45,182 nucleotides of DNA from Phoronis australis (lineage: Eukaryota > Animalia > Phoronida), in NCBI GenBank assembly GCA_002633005.1, contig NMRA01000508.1:270100-315281 (forward strand), in the 5' to 3' direction. Below the pieces are notes generated by a model that saw nothing but the letters and a program-made list of their open reading frames with translations, searched no databases and had not been told where the DNA came from. Each line of letters starts with the position of its first letter. Within the stretch, counting starts at the first letter, position 1. This document shows, piece by piece, positions 25,939 through 38,734 of the stretch. The position numbers and the translations under genes are program-made.

Positions 25939-27568
25939 AGGAGAATGCCACCCAAAAAACAACCTATTTTGCATCACTTTAGATCCAGTAGTTCTACTCG
26001 ATAACGGCATGTTCGGTTGCGCTACCTGATACCTGACGGCAGACGGCGGTTTTGAAATTATCCAATGACGTCATTGATTTCACACGCAGTCTGTTCAGCA
26101 GTTCACAACATGGGTTACTGGTGTCAGCTTATCGCTTGAATTAATCGTTTAACAACAATAAATCATCAAACTTCAATGTAAAACCCTTAAAAATACACCG
26201 AGTTCTTATAAAAACGTGTTGTTTTATTTTGCTATTACGGATTTATTGGTATTTGGACACATCGTAGCCTACAAAGCTCGGCAGGCCAGTTTACCAAGGT
26301 CAGTAGCAGGAGTTTGGGGTCTGTTCGGAGATGATTTCGAAGTATTCTTCTGTGAAATACAGACAGGAGAACCTAGATCTGTGTTGTTTAGACTTGTGAT
26401 TTCTTGAGTTCTAAACACACAAAATGCTTGTTATCCCGGCCAGTGGCTCGGAACCCGATCGGGCCAGCCCGTCGCGGCCGCCGGGACTGGCACGAACATA
26501 AACCAGCTTGAGTTGGAAACTAAACCTCCAATAACGAAACGACTATAATAGTGAGCCGAAGAAATAATGTGCACGTAATTATTTATGTGGATTAGCCAAG
26601 AAACTGAAAATCTACTTACTTGTCGGGGGCCACGAAGTCGGGTTCCCATTCCGCAGACCGTCAAGGCAAAGGTCGTACAGTAACAATGATTTGAATAATG
26701 TATTTGTATTTCTAAATAAAGATTCCCCTAACATGTGACCATAGCATATAAAATCGAGTAATTGTTTAACAACAGCTTTCTGTCAACAAACACTGAATTA
26801 CAATGCGCTCACACAGCCTCGGTACCCAGTCAATTACCTTTATTGCCGGCATCAAAAGCCGGTAACGCAGTAGTTTATTCATTGCTGGCTTCTCAACATT
26901 TGCACTCACGAATACTGCAAAGGCATTACAATTTGTTTCAGTTTTGAATAAGCATTGGTTAGGATGAGAATAATTCATTTTGAAACAGAACGCAGAATAA
27001 TAAACGTCTACATGGCGACTCGCACGGCGCAAATCTCGACTTATTGAAGAGCTCATCCGACGAAATTTTCACGGGTCGGATCGTTAGGTTTCACAGTTCG
27101 AACCGGAATACACTGATCAAGAAATACTAGAGAGGCCCCGTGAACATGCAACGTAACGTATGGATAGTTCTTTGGTTAGCGGGAATTCGTCAGAGTAATC
27201 ACTGTCGACGAAATGCCGGTCACAGACACGGAGATGTTTCACGGCCTCATACTTGCTATTAACAGCTTACCTTTCATTCTTCACTACCGCGAACCACGTC
27301 CTAAGCATTTTGGGCTCTCCAGGAAGTCGAAAACGACATACCCGCTTTCTTTGCAGCTTCATAGTTCGGACAAGCGGGAACGATGCACCGCAATATAGCG
27401 GCATTCGCTTTGCAGACGAATCACTGACGTCGCTGTGTCGTTTCTCACCTTCCCCACAGGTTAACGCGACACCTCTCGGCAAGATGAGGTCGATCGTATA
27501 AGAGGCGATGTGGATATAGACCGATTAAGACGGTAAAAAAGGCTAATTAAATCGGGTGGCATTCTCCT
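25939..27568. mobile_element. Kolobok-type DNA transposon deletion derivative, 1630 bp
   Basis: TTAA at 25935-38 and 27569-72; perfect 15-bp TIR AGGAGAATGCCACCC / GGGTGGCATTCTCCT; THAP remnant inside. Confidence 0.88.
27195..27404 (-). pseudogene. Degenerate THAP zinc-finger (transposase N-terminus)
   Basis: MPLYC..RFRLPGEPKMLRTWFAVVKNER*AVNSKYEAVKHLRVCDRHFVDSDY: THAP F-x-L-P, W and R-V-C-x-x-H-F motifs with an in-frame stop. Confidence 0.7.
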
Positions 27569-27620
27569 TTAACCCTGCCTAGACAATCAAAGTCCCGTAT
27601 GTACCTTTCGAGTGTAGATG

Positions 27621-28412
27621 GGGGCAATTACGTTTTTGTAACCTTCCAACTCGAATGAACACTTCTCCAATCAACATCTTTTTCCCAGTAGTCAACCAAG
27701 TTGCAATCTGAGCCATTTCAGTTTTGATTGTATCACTGCGCGTGTCTATTGCATGTAAATGCGGGCCAGCTCGTCCAGCCGAGCAGTTGCCGGTGTATGC
27801 TGATGCGCTGCGTGTCCCCTACAGACTCAACGAGATACGGATCATGTTCTTGCAAACTGACAAGATCACGTAATAACAGGAACACAGTCACAGCAATAGC
27901 TTTCGGTCGAGCTACAGATACCAGCTTAAGTTCAGTTCCTTGAAATCTGCGTCGGACCAACGACGCATCGAACGAATTTCTCCAGTGCATAGTGACGCTC
28001 TTATGACGACATGGGCTTCTCTCAAGAGAGCCTAGCTTACGTTTTCTTTGGATTGTTGGTCACCTGTTGTTAATTTGGCATTGTGGTCTCTTAGCCACGA
28101 TGCTCCGGGGTTTTTTTTTCAGGGAACTAGCCACTGCATTGCGTTTGGCAGGCTAATTCCTTGTCTATGCCAATGCTTGGCCAAATTTGTGACCTTATAT
28201 TGACGATGTGAATATGACGTAAGCCGAAAAGTGCCAAATACTTTTCAGAGCGAGTTTTGTGGTGAAAATGATACGCTGCAAACCACTCAGTCCGGTAAGT
28301 ATTGTGATGTGGTGTTGGGGAATAACACTGCATGGTGGGGGCTGTGCGAGCCAGCGAGGAACGACATTAGTACAAAGGTCACTTATTTGTTGAATTTTTT
28401 GTTTTCACAAGT
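27621..28412 (+). repeat. Near-identical duplication across a gap (copy 2: 29032-29749), probable uncollapsed haplotype
   Basis: Colinear match with small indels on either side of the N gap. Confidence 0.85.
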
Positions 28413-28419
28413 TGTCAAT

Positions 28420-28719
28420 NNNNNNNNNNNNNNNNNNNNNNNNNNNNNNNNNNNNNNNNNNNNNNNNNNNNNNNNNNNNNNNNNNNNNNNNNNNNNNNNN
28501 NNNNNNNNNNNNNNNNNNNNNNNNNNNNNNNNNNNNNNNNNNNNNNNNNNNNNNNNNNNNNNNNNNNNNNNNNNNNNNNNNNNNNNNNNNNNNNNNNNNN
28601 NNNNNNNNNNNNNNNNNNNNNNNNNNNNNNNNNNNNNNNNNNNNNNNNNNNNNNNNNNNNNNNNNNNNNNNNNNNNNNNNNNNNNNNNNNNNNNNNNNNN
28701 NNNNNNNNNNNNNNNNNNN
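28420..28719. other. Assembly gap
   Basis: Run of N. Confidence 1.
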
Positions 28720-30246
28720 TGCCTTAAAAATGTTTCTCACCAAGTAAATGCTAGGATTGTCATATCCTGAAATTTTCATGTTGTTATTAAAAGTATTGAG
28801 GAAGTTATTGTGAAAAAACTAATTTTGGGTCACATAAATTCCTCTAATTCCCATGTATTCAGTGGACTAAAAAAAGGGCTAATTATCGCTCTTCAAACGT
28901 TCATAAAAATTCAACGGCTCATCGGATTTTGTTAATTTTTTTTATTTGAATTTGTTTTTGATGTTTTTTTAAACCAATGCATTTTTAAATATTAAATAAG
29001 AATTTGAATTTTTTGTCACGTCCCTAAGATAGGGGCAATTGGGTTTTATAGCCTTCCAACTCGAATGAACACTTCTCCAATCAACATCTTTTTCCCAGTA
29101 GTCAACCAAGTTGCAATCTGAGCCATTTCAGTTTTGATTGTATCACTGCGCGTGTATATTGCATGTAAATGCGGGCCAGCTAGTCCAGCCGAGCAGTTGC
29201 CGGTGTATGCGGATGCGCTGCGTGTCCCCTACGGACTCAACGAGATACGGATCATGTTCTTGCAAACTGACAAGATCACGTAATAACAGGAACACAGTCA
29301 CAGCAATAGCTTTCGGTAGAGCTACAGATACTATCTAAAGTTCAGTTCCTTGAAATCTGGGTCGGACCAACGACGCATCGAACGAATTTCTCCAGTGCAT
29401 AGTGACGCTCTTATGACGACATGGGCTTCTCACAAGAGAGCCTAGCTTACGTTTTCTTCTTTGGATTGTTGGTCACCTGTTTTTAATTTGGCATTGTGGT
29501 CTCCGTTTTTTCAGAGAACTAGCCACTGCATTGCGTGTCTATGCCATTGCTTGGCCAAATTTGTGACCTTATAGTGATGATGTGAATATGACGTAAGCTG
29601 AAAAGTGCCAAATACTTTTCAGAGCGAGTTTTGTGGTGAAAATGATACGCTGCAAATCACTCAGTCCAGTAAGTATTGTGGTGTGAGCCAGCGAGGAACG
29701 ACATTAGTGCAAAGATCACTTATTTGCTGATTTTTTTGTTTTCACAAGTAAATAATAATAAATACAATTGCACTTTGTTTATCTTAGATTATGCTAAAAT
29801 AGCATTGTCTTTTATTTCCTGATAAATATCAGGGCTGGGTTGCGTAAAACTTCAAAGTCATCCGCATTGTTCAACAATAACAACGTGGCACGTGATAATG
29901 CGCCGTCATTGTTGATATATGGCGTATAATTTTTATGCAACTGGCCCCAGCATAATTAGGAGTCTGTAAATACATGTTTAAAGCGTAAAAACAACGTGCT
30001 CACATCTAATATTGAAAAGTGCCAGTAAGTTGAGGAAAAGAAGGGAATTCGTGGAGGGGCGAAGAATCACGCATTAACCAACAGTCACAACGTACATGTA
30101 CGTCACGTGCTTATAATTGGCAATCCCGTTCCCACATAAACTGCTTTACAAACCTTATGTACAGTTTCACGAACGTTGTGTTTTCGAAATCGGCGGTTCC
30201 ATTGAAAATCACGAATACAACATGCAGTGCAACTAATTATACTCAC

Positions 30247-30297
30247 TGGTCATGGTCAGTCTGTTTAGTATTAAAGAACACACCGCTATTGACAATC
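30247..30297 (-). CDS. Candidate second coding exon of the FCGBP-like gene (signal-peptide h-region GLSIAVCSLILNRLTMT)
   Basis: Strong acceptor TGTTTTTATTGCAG|GA and donor CA|GTGAGT; 51 nt, phase 1-1, compatible with the 25801 exon. Confidence 0.5.
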
Positions 30298-31149
30298 CTG
30301 CAATAAAAACAGTTATTACTGGTCATCGTCACACAACTTTTGGGGTATATAGCCGCGGTTGCGTGACACACTTGTGTTCCAGGAACTCCCTTAAATGGAT
30401 ACCAACCCCAACTCCAGTTTAGTAACACTAGCACCTCTCTAAAAACAAGACTTAGCGAGAGATATTGCCATGTATTTTAAATGAGAACACGTGACTCTGT
30501 CCAGGTTTTAGCTAGGTCGTACGACCTAGCGCTACTGAACGCACGCCAGGTTTTGGCCTGTTGACAGGAACTAAAAACGACTTGGCCATTAAGTTCTCTG
30601 AAACAAAATAATGCCGTGTAACCATCGACAACCCTCACAATTTTGGAGGAAAATTTGAAAAGAAATATTGTAAGTTTGCTAAACGGGCAGGCGTGACCTG
30701 TGCTTTTGGCCAACAACAACTGTTGGAAAGCCCATCCATCAAGGACCACAATATACATTTTGTGAGATATGGTGAGTTTTTAGTTAATTCCTGCCTTTAC
30801 CTTGGAAGGTTAACGCCAACGATGCATTAGCGGGTGACAGGACGAGGATTGGTGGAAATTATTAAAACAGGGTTAAGTATCCTTTTAAGTTTTCACCACT
30901 TTCGGAATTGGTTCGGGGGGTCCTTCAAAAATCCGGATGTGTACGAAGGTGGTCTGTCATGAACGTCACAAAATAGCCTCCTTGAATTTTGTTTTACATT
31001 TTTGTCGTCAAACAACCACTCGAAGGCAATTTGATGTGATCAAATGAAAAAGGGTATTCAATGACTTTTTTCGATGCTGATTTCGTATAGTTCCATGCAC
31101 ACTTGAGCAAACCGATTTTGGATGTCCAACCTTTATACTTTATTATTAT

Positions 31150-32750
31150 ATGTAGTGAGTGGCAGTCATGACTGGTCTCCATCCCCAGTCTAGAGGATCC
31201 ATGCCTTTTTCTATCCCCATCCAAAATATGACCTGGTAGTACACTCGGAGACAATGAAACATGGTGGCTGATTCCGTTGGTGGAAGACGTTCGGGAGTAA
31301 CGAAAGACTTAGCACCAGCAACCTTCTTGGTAAATATGTTGTTACATATGGCTGCCAGAGAACACATTCTCTCCCTACCAAACATTGCAGTCATCGCTAG
31401 ACTGCCAAGTTCCTCTGTCGCAGCGGGGCTCACACCTTTCTGCACACTTCTGGAGGATTTGGTCGAGTTTCTGAAACGTTCATTTCTTTCCAACGCCATA
31501 TACAAGAGACGTTGAGTCGCATCCTGTGAAGGAGTGCAGGAATAGTAGTTGGGTACACGACTTAATCCCGAACATATACATGTACTTCATCCAATGTATG
31601 CCGAATACTTTCAGATTGGTTCTTGACTGGTTGTCTGATCTGAAGAAAATAGTAGTTTCCCCCGTCAGCGTGCTGTAATGGAGCAGAGGCATCAAAAGAC
31701 CAGTGTCCTCCCCCATTACTGTTGTGGGATGCCTAATTGTACTGTTAACTGCTGTCTTTTTGCAATGTCCACATCAGCGTCCCCTTCTGCCTAAACGACT
31801 GTGCATCCCACTTTCTGCAGTCGGTCACAGCGCTCAGTAGTTGCTTGTTACTGCCGATGAATAGGAATTCATCTCTCTGTCCATCAAATCTGGTTTCTCG
31901 GGTGAAGTTCATAGTCGGGTAGCTGCTTGTCTGTCTCCGTCTCCGCTGTGTGTTATCCTTTATCGAAGAACCTGCACCATACCCATCAAAGACAACAGTG
32001 GCTGCCTCATAGTTCTTTGCTGTGAAGTCAGCATATGCTCCGGCAAATTTTCCTTTTTAGGTACCTTCTTCCAGTTGAACTTTTGCAGCAAGGATCCTCC
32101 TTCATGTACAAATCTTTCAGTCTAGAGGTGTACTGAAAAAGTGGAGTCTGGTGCTCCTCCACGTGTATGAGCCTTGGTCATTGACGGCTTGAGCCAGTTG
32201 AGGTTGGTCAGCCTACCTCAAGATCAGGTTGTCCTCGAAGAGGGACGGTGGGTATGCACTGAGCTCAAAGCTCACCACTTCCCCCAAGAAACGAGTAACG
32301 TGAGCAGGATACCACCTGGAATCGCTTGACTGTCAGGACCAATCTGGACAGCAGCTGCGATTCCCAGAGCTTTGTCTTTCTTCTTAAAAGAGAAAGAAAA
32401 CAGGGGTTCCCCGATCATTCTCTTAATGATTTTGTTCCCGACAGATTTATGTTCATGCACGTTGACGTCTTCGCTGGCGACAACACCATTGGTGATATTG
32501 CGTAGCGCAGTATCTAAGGAGAAGGGTGACAATGCCGTCAGCCTTGTGCTTATCTCCAAAAGGTTGCATGGATCCTTCAGTTCTGGAACAGTTGCTTCCT
32601 TGTGTTGTTCGCTTGCTGTGTACGTGTGGTTGCTGAAGTCCTGCAAAGCGATGTTCACTCTGACGTTACGGGGGCTGACATTGTCCTCAATGCTCGCTGC
32701 TCCTCTGCTATCTTACTGCCATGAGACAAGCCGCCTCTGTTTGTTAAATG
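31150..32750 (-). pseudogene. Decayed AcademX-like transposon protein (XPG/PIN-like nuclease region)
   Basis: Ordered, frameshifted motifs FELSAYPPSLFED, TVVFDGY..SIKD, AEGDADVDI, GEDTGLL, LHSFTGCDSTS, ERLPPTESA..H..RVYYQ..W..PLDWGW; multiple stops and frameshifts. Confidence 0.75.
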
Positions 32751-33588
32751 GATCGATTAGTTATTTTGGCATTTTGCTCTGGGCTTCTATTTTCCTTGTG
32801 TGGATTTTTTAAATGAAAACCAGTGGCACACAAATATACATTAGACCATTTTTGTGATTTTCATGTCAAGCCAAGGATTTGGATTAAATGTTTGACCGCT
32901 TAAATATAAATGCATTGATCATATTTTCAAATAATTCAGGCAGAACTCAGTCACGTCTAATTTTTTTAAATCATTCAGAAACCAGTCACGTGCAGTCATA
33001 GAGGAAATTATGGACAAACCAGTGATTTTTCGTTGAACTTCTTAAATTTTAGTCGCCATCTTGAATTTCGCATCAAATAGTGATCATATCTGAATTTTAC
33101 CCAAACCAGCGAATTGCTCACCCCTTAAAACTAGGACTAGGACCAAAAATTATGTCTCTACAATTATTGTAGACTGAAGTAATATCTGTTTATACTGATT
33201 TCGAAATGACGTGGAGAGCATCTTGGAAATGACCCAGTTTTAACCTATTTCCGGTGGTCAGATTTTGGTAGACATATTTCCTGGTTATAATTATACCTAG
33301 TAAGAAATAAAACCGTTGTAAAACCTTTTGTTGCAATTTCCTGTGGGTCGGGTGGCCATTTGTCATAAATTGAGTCGTTCAGAAGTCAAGTGACTGCGTG
33401 TATGACTTAACTCTACACTTTCGGACTTCCGCCCCTATTAATGCGTTGGTTTACCGCCAAGAGTAAAGGGTGATTAGGGGTATACGGCCTATTTTAAAGC
33501 CGTATTTCACCCTGTTTTAGATGGCTAAGAAACGAAGATCGAATGAAGAGTTTAGGTTTGATGCCGCCGTTCTCGTAATAGTTCTTAC

Positions 33589-33619
33589 CGTGATGGGATT
33601 CTTTTTCCAATAAGAACAT
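33589..33619 (-). CDS. Candidate first coding exon of the FCGBP-like gene (MFLLEKESHH; exon 33589-33635)
   Basis: Acceptor TTTTCTTCAG, in-frame upstream stop, ATG, phase-1 donor CG|GTAAGA. Confidence 0.4.
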
Positions 33620-34691
33620 CAAAAAACATCAGCGTCTGAAGAAAACACAGTTTGTTAGGGTTGACCAATCCTAGTATTTCGAGTTGACTTTGGCACATGC
33701 ACGCATTGACTGTGACTTTGGTTGTCAGCTAGTTTGGCCATAATTCAAGATAGGATGAGCGTAGTAATGTTTTAAACCCCAAAATGCTTCGACTGTCTAA
33801 TTCAGCATCTGCACCTACATGTAAACAGCGGCGAAATGCTGGTTTAAGATTCCGTATTCATTATTTCTTCTTTCGCTATGGTACCCCTCCTTGTTCCTTA
33901 GGGTCTGCTGCTTTACCGTTTTATCGTTTAACTTCACATGACCGGTGTTATAGTAATTTAATAATGGAGGCAATGAACAAACTGATGATTTTTTATCTCC
34001 TTATGTTGTCGTTGGTCGTTTCAGTTAATCCTATAATGAAATATTTAATGTTTCCTCACCGAATCTCCACACAATTTGTTGCATATCCAGTTAAACGAGA
34101 TCCATGGAAAGTGTTTCTGAAGTCTACCTGCATTACACGTTTCATCGCCCAAGCAAACTGTGTTGCTGTTGAGTCCACGCGATATATGATGAATTCTGCT
34201 GACGTTGCGTCGTTTCCAAAATCCGCGATTGATATTTTTTCTCATCGCGTGCTTGTATGAAGCTGCACATTAGTCGTGCAGTCACGTGCCAGCACTTATG
34301 GTGTAATCAAGAAGCCTTTTACATAATTACGAACGTACAGTAGCTACCCGTGGAATGAGGTTGCGCCGCGCATGCGTGAGAGTTGTTTGCATCCGTTTGT
34401 TCCGGTGTCTGTGCTCGCTATGGAATTTACTGTCATTAAAACTTTTCGCAACTCCGTCGTTTTTCATCCGAATTGCATAAGAGCCAATCATTAGAAAACC
34501 GTTTGTCGGATCTTGATGATTGTACCAGAAGCAAAGTAAAAATAATTAATTCAGAAGTAATTATCATTTCCCGTACCTGACTGGTTTAAAAATACTTTTT
34601 AATTCTAAAAACCAAGAGCGTTACCAAAAATGCATAAAAACAGCGTTTTATAATTACATAAAAAAGAAATTAACCAGAGACGTTATATAAA

Positions 34692-34991
34692 TTACTTCAG
34701 TGCCTGTGCCAACATTGGTCCGTCCTTCTTGCAAATGGATTTCTCGGACTTCATGAGCGTGTAAATATTGAAGGGTAACGCCGCCAATGTGAAGTCCACG
34801 AGCCACTCGGCCAGACAGCCTGCGTCAACTCCAACCTTGAAGTCTAGAGTGACTGCTGTCTTAGCGGCGTCTGTCACAGATTTACCAGCAATGACCATTC
34901 CTTTGACGCCTGTCTGCAAGCTCTCAGTGTTACTCTTCAAGTTGTTTTTCTCTGTCTTTCTCCCCCAGATATATTTGACGACTATGGGCAT
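34692..34991 (-). CDS. Orphan 99-aa ORF / possible terminal exon, unknown product
   Basis: Open frame with gene-like composition relative to its AT-rich flanks, preceded by an acceptor-like CACCTGGACAG|GT; no family recognised. Confidence 0.4.
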   Translation of the reverse strand: MPIVVKYIWGRKTEKNNLKSNTESLQTGVKGMVIAGKSVTDAAKTAVTLDFKVGVDAGCLAEWLVDFTLAALPFNIYTLMKSEKSICKKDGPMLAQALK

Positions 34992-36370
34992 ACCTGTCCA
35001 GGTGAAAATTCCGGTGTTCAGACATTATTTGCACGGCAAACGAAATTATCGTAAATTTTTGTTTAGTTCGCCTTAGCGCTGCAATTACCATTTCGAAAGC
35101 ATGGTACGGGGTGTCTCTTTTGAAGAACATTTGGCGTGCTAGATATGTTGATTAATATCCCACTATTTCCCACATCTCGTACAGCCCGTGATAACGTTGT
35201 TCGAGGATTGCATTTATCGACCTTGTTGTTCAAATGTCTTAATCAAGTCATATCACGAAGACATCTGAAAACGATGCCGTAATCACGGGTGATACACTGC
35301 AGCGATACTTGCGGCGGGCTACGCAATCAACGTACCTGCTTCCCATGACCTTTAGTTCTCGCACAAAATGAGTTTCTCTCCCTCATTCAAAAAGACGGTG
35401 TATTGGTGGGAAGTATTTTGTGCTCTAGTTCACCTTTCGATCAGGGGGATGTAGTTGGTGGGGGAGCGCATTTTTTCTGCTTCCCCTTACAAACAACTAC
35501 CCACAAACGCAACTGGACATGGGGTATGCTTTAACACTACAAATGTCACCTCTCCGCAGCTATTTACGGCGGCATGAGCTTGTAATCTACACTGTAAACG
35601 GTTAGTTGCAACTAATGTGTGTAAACAGTGACGTCATACATTGCAGTTCTCTGATAGACCATTCCTTCAATCAAGACTAACTGATGATGGTCATTGAGCC
35701 TAAAATATAGGGGGGCTCGAATGTGGACCATTTACTGAAAGAAATCAACGAGGACTAAAAAAAATCGGGGCCACTAGGTTCAGACCCACGAATTGTGCAT
35801 CCGCGCCGACTTCCCGTGGATTTTGTAGACTTTTGTCTCGTTTACGCGGACTTTTTGTTTCACTGAGGCGGACCTCTTTGCCCAATTCGCCAAATTAGGG
35901 GGCTCGTTTGTGCCACCCTCCCCCCCCCCGTGCACCCATGTTGAGTGTAGTTGCAACTAATTTTTGGAGACTGAAAAGTGGCATTTTCTCAATCAAGAAC
36001 AATCCGTGAATCTGCTTTAGAACATGTCTTCGTGGAAACATTATAACAGTAGAATGGTTCATGGTAAGGGTAGAAGATCATATCCTTGGGCATCGGCGGA
36101 AAAGTAATGCAATATTAGAAAATGCATGGTAAATTTGACACTTTTGTGCATAAAACCACCTACATGTTGACATTTTGTTACAACTGACTCCATTATCAAC
36201 AATCTGTACCCGCATTCAACTCGCGATGACAACTTTATTTAATTAAAGATCGCACAAAGCTTCACGTGAGTGGCTCACACACACGCACACGCATACGGAT
36301 CAACGGAGAGTGACAAGCAGAGGCAGGCTACTGACAAAAACCTGGTCAACTATTGTTTTTAAAATTGAAA

Positions 36371-36406
36371 ATGGCTGGTTCCACTTGCAGCGGTTGTTTG
36401 ACAAAG
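36371..36406 (+). CDS. SLC1-family transporter, first coding exon (MAGSTCSGCLTK)
   Basis: AAAATGG start context, donor AAG|GTATGT, phase 0 matching the next exon; E-box CACGTG ~110 bp upstream. Confidence 0.6.
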
Positions 36407-37950
36407 GTATGTAGGTTAAGTCCTTTATCCGCAGGGCCCGATGTTTAATTTCAAACTCGAAATCGACTCAAAATCTCATTTTCTATTCGACTTGTGTACA
36501 AACTCGAAGTTAAGTGCATAATATCAGACACGAAATTTTATTGACTCGAAATTTAGGTAGGGAACGTTTTTTGTCGTTCACAATATTTCACCAATAACAC
36601 ATTGAAACACTGAATCAGTTTTAGGTTTGTTTTGTGACTATTTAACGGAACCCAGTGATACAATATACTGAAATACTTACATTGCTGGCTGACGTTTGTG
36701 AAGTTTCTACACAAAAAGCAGACTACCAGGCAGTAGAGGGTGCACTTCTCGCAGAAAATTTTATGTACCGGAACTTAATTCAAAACGCAAGAGAGTTCGT
36801 TGGTAACTCGAGTACGATTTCTCGAGCCTACTCGGTTTCGAGTCGACTCAAAAATGAACATGCAAGCCTATGCGTCTAAACACGCAGGAATTGTCGTTTC
36901 AACGAATCGTAATTTGACATGGTCGTCATAGAATTAACTTTTTTGGATTGGCTTATGTTGATGTACCCACCCCACCCCCCGAAACAGTTTAGATGAGTTG
37001 ACAACTTTGAGCATTAAATGCATTTAATGCTCAAATTTGTCAAAAATATTTTTAAATTGTTAGATGGTTTCACTTGTAAACAACGTTTCGAGGTAAATTT
37101 ATAGGAGGTAGTTTGTAGATGAGGAGAATAAATCGTGAATTATAACTGTATGTTAATTAATGCCGCCATTATTTAAAATTCATTCGAAGTACCAAGTACC
37201 ATTGGCTAATGACATTGAGATTGACGTCCATGCTTCTGTGGTCATTGAAATCGGTTTGCAGGTTGTTACTTGAGAAATTGGCATAATTTATGCAAATAAT
37301 GGCCTCCATAATTTAAGATTCTGTTTTTGCTCCTAATTACCACGCTGGGCACCACTTGTAAATCCTTATTGCATTTGCACGCATGCTATATGTTATCGTG
37401 GAAAAAAATTATGAAATCAGTACCAGGTCGCTACAGCATAAATTTTCATAATTTATAATTCATACATATTATTTATTTCGAATGCTTCCCCTACAAAGCT
37501 TGATTAGAAAATGTACAATCAGTGTATGCGCGGTATTCAAACAAAAAATAAAAAGTGTCAGAGTCACGTGATAATGATTTTCTTTCCACGAGGAATAATG
37601 TACAAAGTTGATTACTTTAATGGCATGTCATCGACTGGCGGAAATAATTCTGTCATCGTATCTCTAATTCTATCACTTTTTCTGAGAAAGCGGTAACTTT
37701 GATACCTGATTTAAAAATACTAAATTTCAAAATTCCTATATTTTAATAGCCTTATTATTACACAATGAAATTTAATGTAATAAGTTTAAATTTCTACACA
37801 ATATAGGCATGTCTTTTAACTTTTTGTCTTTCTTATACCATTAATAAAATAAAATAAAATCTTTAAAATAAAATTTTACTCGCAATTGCAATTTTCCACG
37901 CGAGGTTAGTTTTAAACTTTTTTCAACTATTTTAGCTTTTAAAATTCTCT

Positions 37951-37986
37951 TGTTTTTGTTTTTGTTTTTGTTTTTGTTTTTGTTTT
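37951..37986. repeat. (TTTTTG)n microsatellite
   Basis: Direct reading. Confidence 0.9.
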
Positions 37987-38734
37987 CGTTGCTGTTTACA
38001 CATCTACTACGTTCTTCCATTTAAATCACAAGCTTCAGCAATCGTGTGTTGTTAGCTTCGGACCCAAGCTGTGGTGTCAGCGTCTATTGTGGTAGCGAAC
38101 AAGTAGTGAGTAGTATCTAGCCTTGCTTTGTGCTCTGTTTTAAATTTCTGCCGCTGTTCGGTTTCGATTGTCAGCGAATAGCTTCTCTCATAGCAAGACC
38201 AATTCAGTGCAACCACGCGCCAATACATGACATGCGTGTTAAGTAGGCTTTGGTGTGAAGGGTCAAGGGTCAGGTTGTGGCAAACACTTTCTGCTTTTAG
38301 TAGCCGCCGTTCTTTCAGACGATGTGAGGTGCCGGAAACCCTATTAAAAGCATTATCTGCTCTCGGGAGATCGACTTAGTTGCTGTAGATTAGGAGACCT
38401 CTCTAACCCAACTTTCCTCTTTGAGGTGCTTGGCCAGGAGTATATTGATTTTGACCTCCTCGGGTCCGATTTGATACTACCTACTCTGCTGCCAGGTGAC
38501 ACAGGAACCCTTGAGGACTAATACCCTGGCTCTCATCAGAATCCGAAATTTTCATTGCATGCAGGCCTTGGCCGCATTATACAATTTACAATATTCGATT
38601 TCATAAGGATAAAAAGGTTCGTTTCTTGGCACTAGTAGAGTGCCACTCTGTTCAGTTCACACAGATGAGGTGTCCTTAAAGCGAGACAACTACTCTTCCG
38701 TTATCTATAAAGCCGAAGTTGCTGTTGGCGGTAG

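Noticed and set aside
28041-28063. Possible minus-strand micro-exon (CAG|GTGACC..AAC|GTAAGC) with a 3-nt indel between copies
   Set aside because: 23/26 nt is not phase-compatible with the flanking phase-1 exons.
22364-28779. Long ORFs containing X runs
   Set aside because: Artefacts of N gaps.
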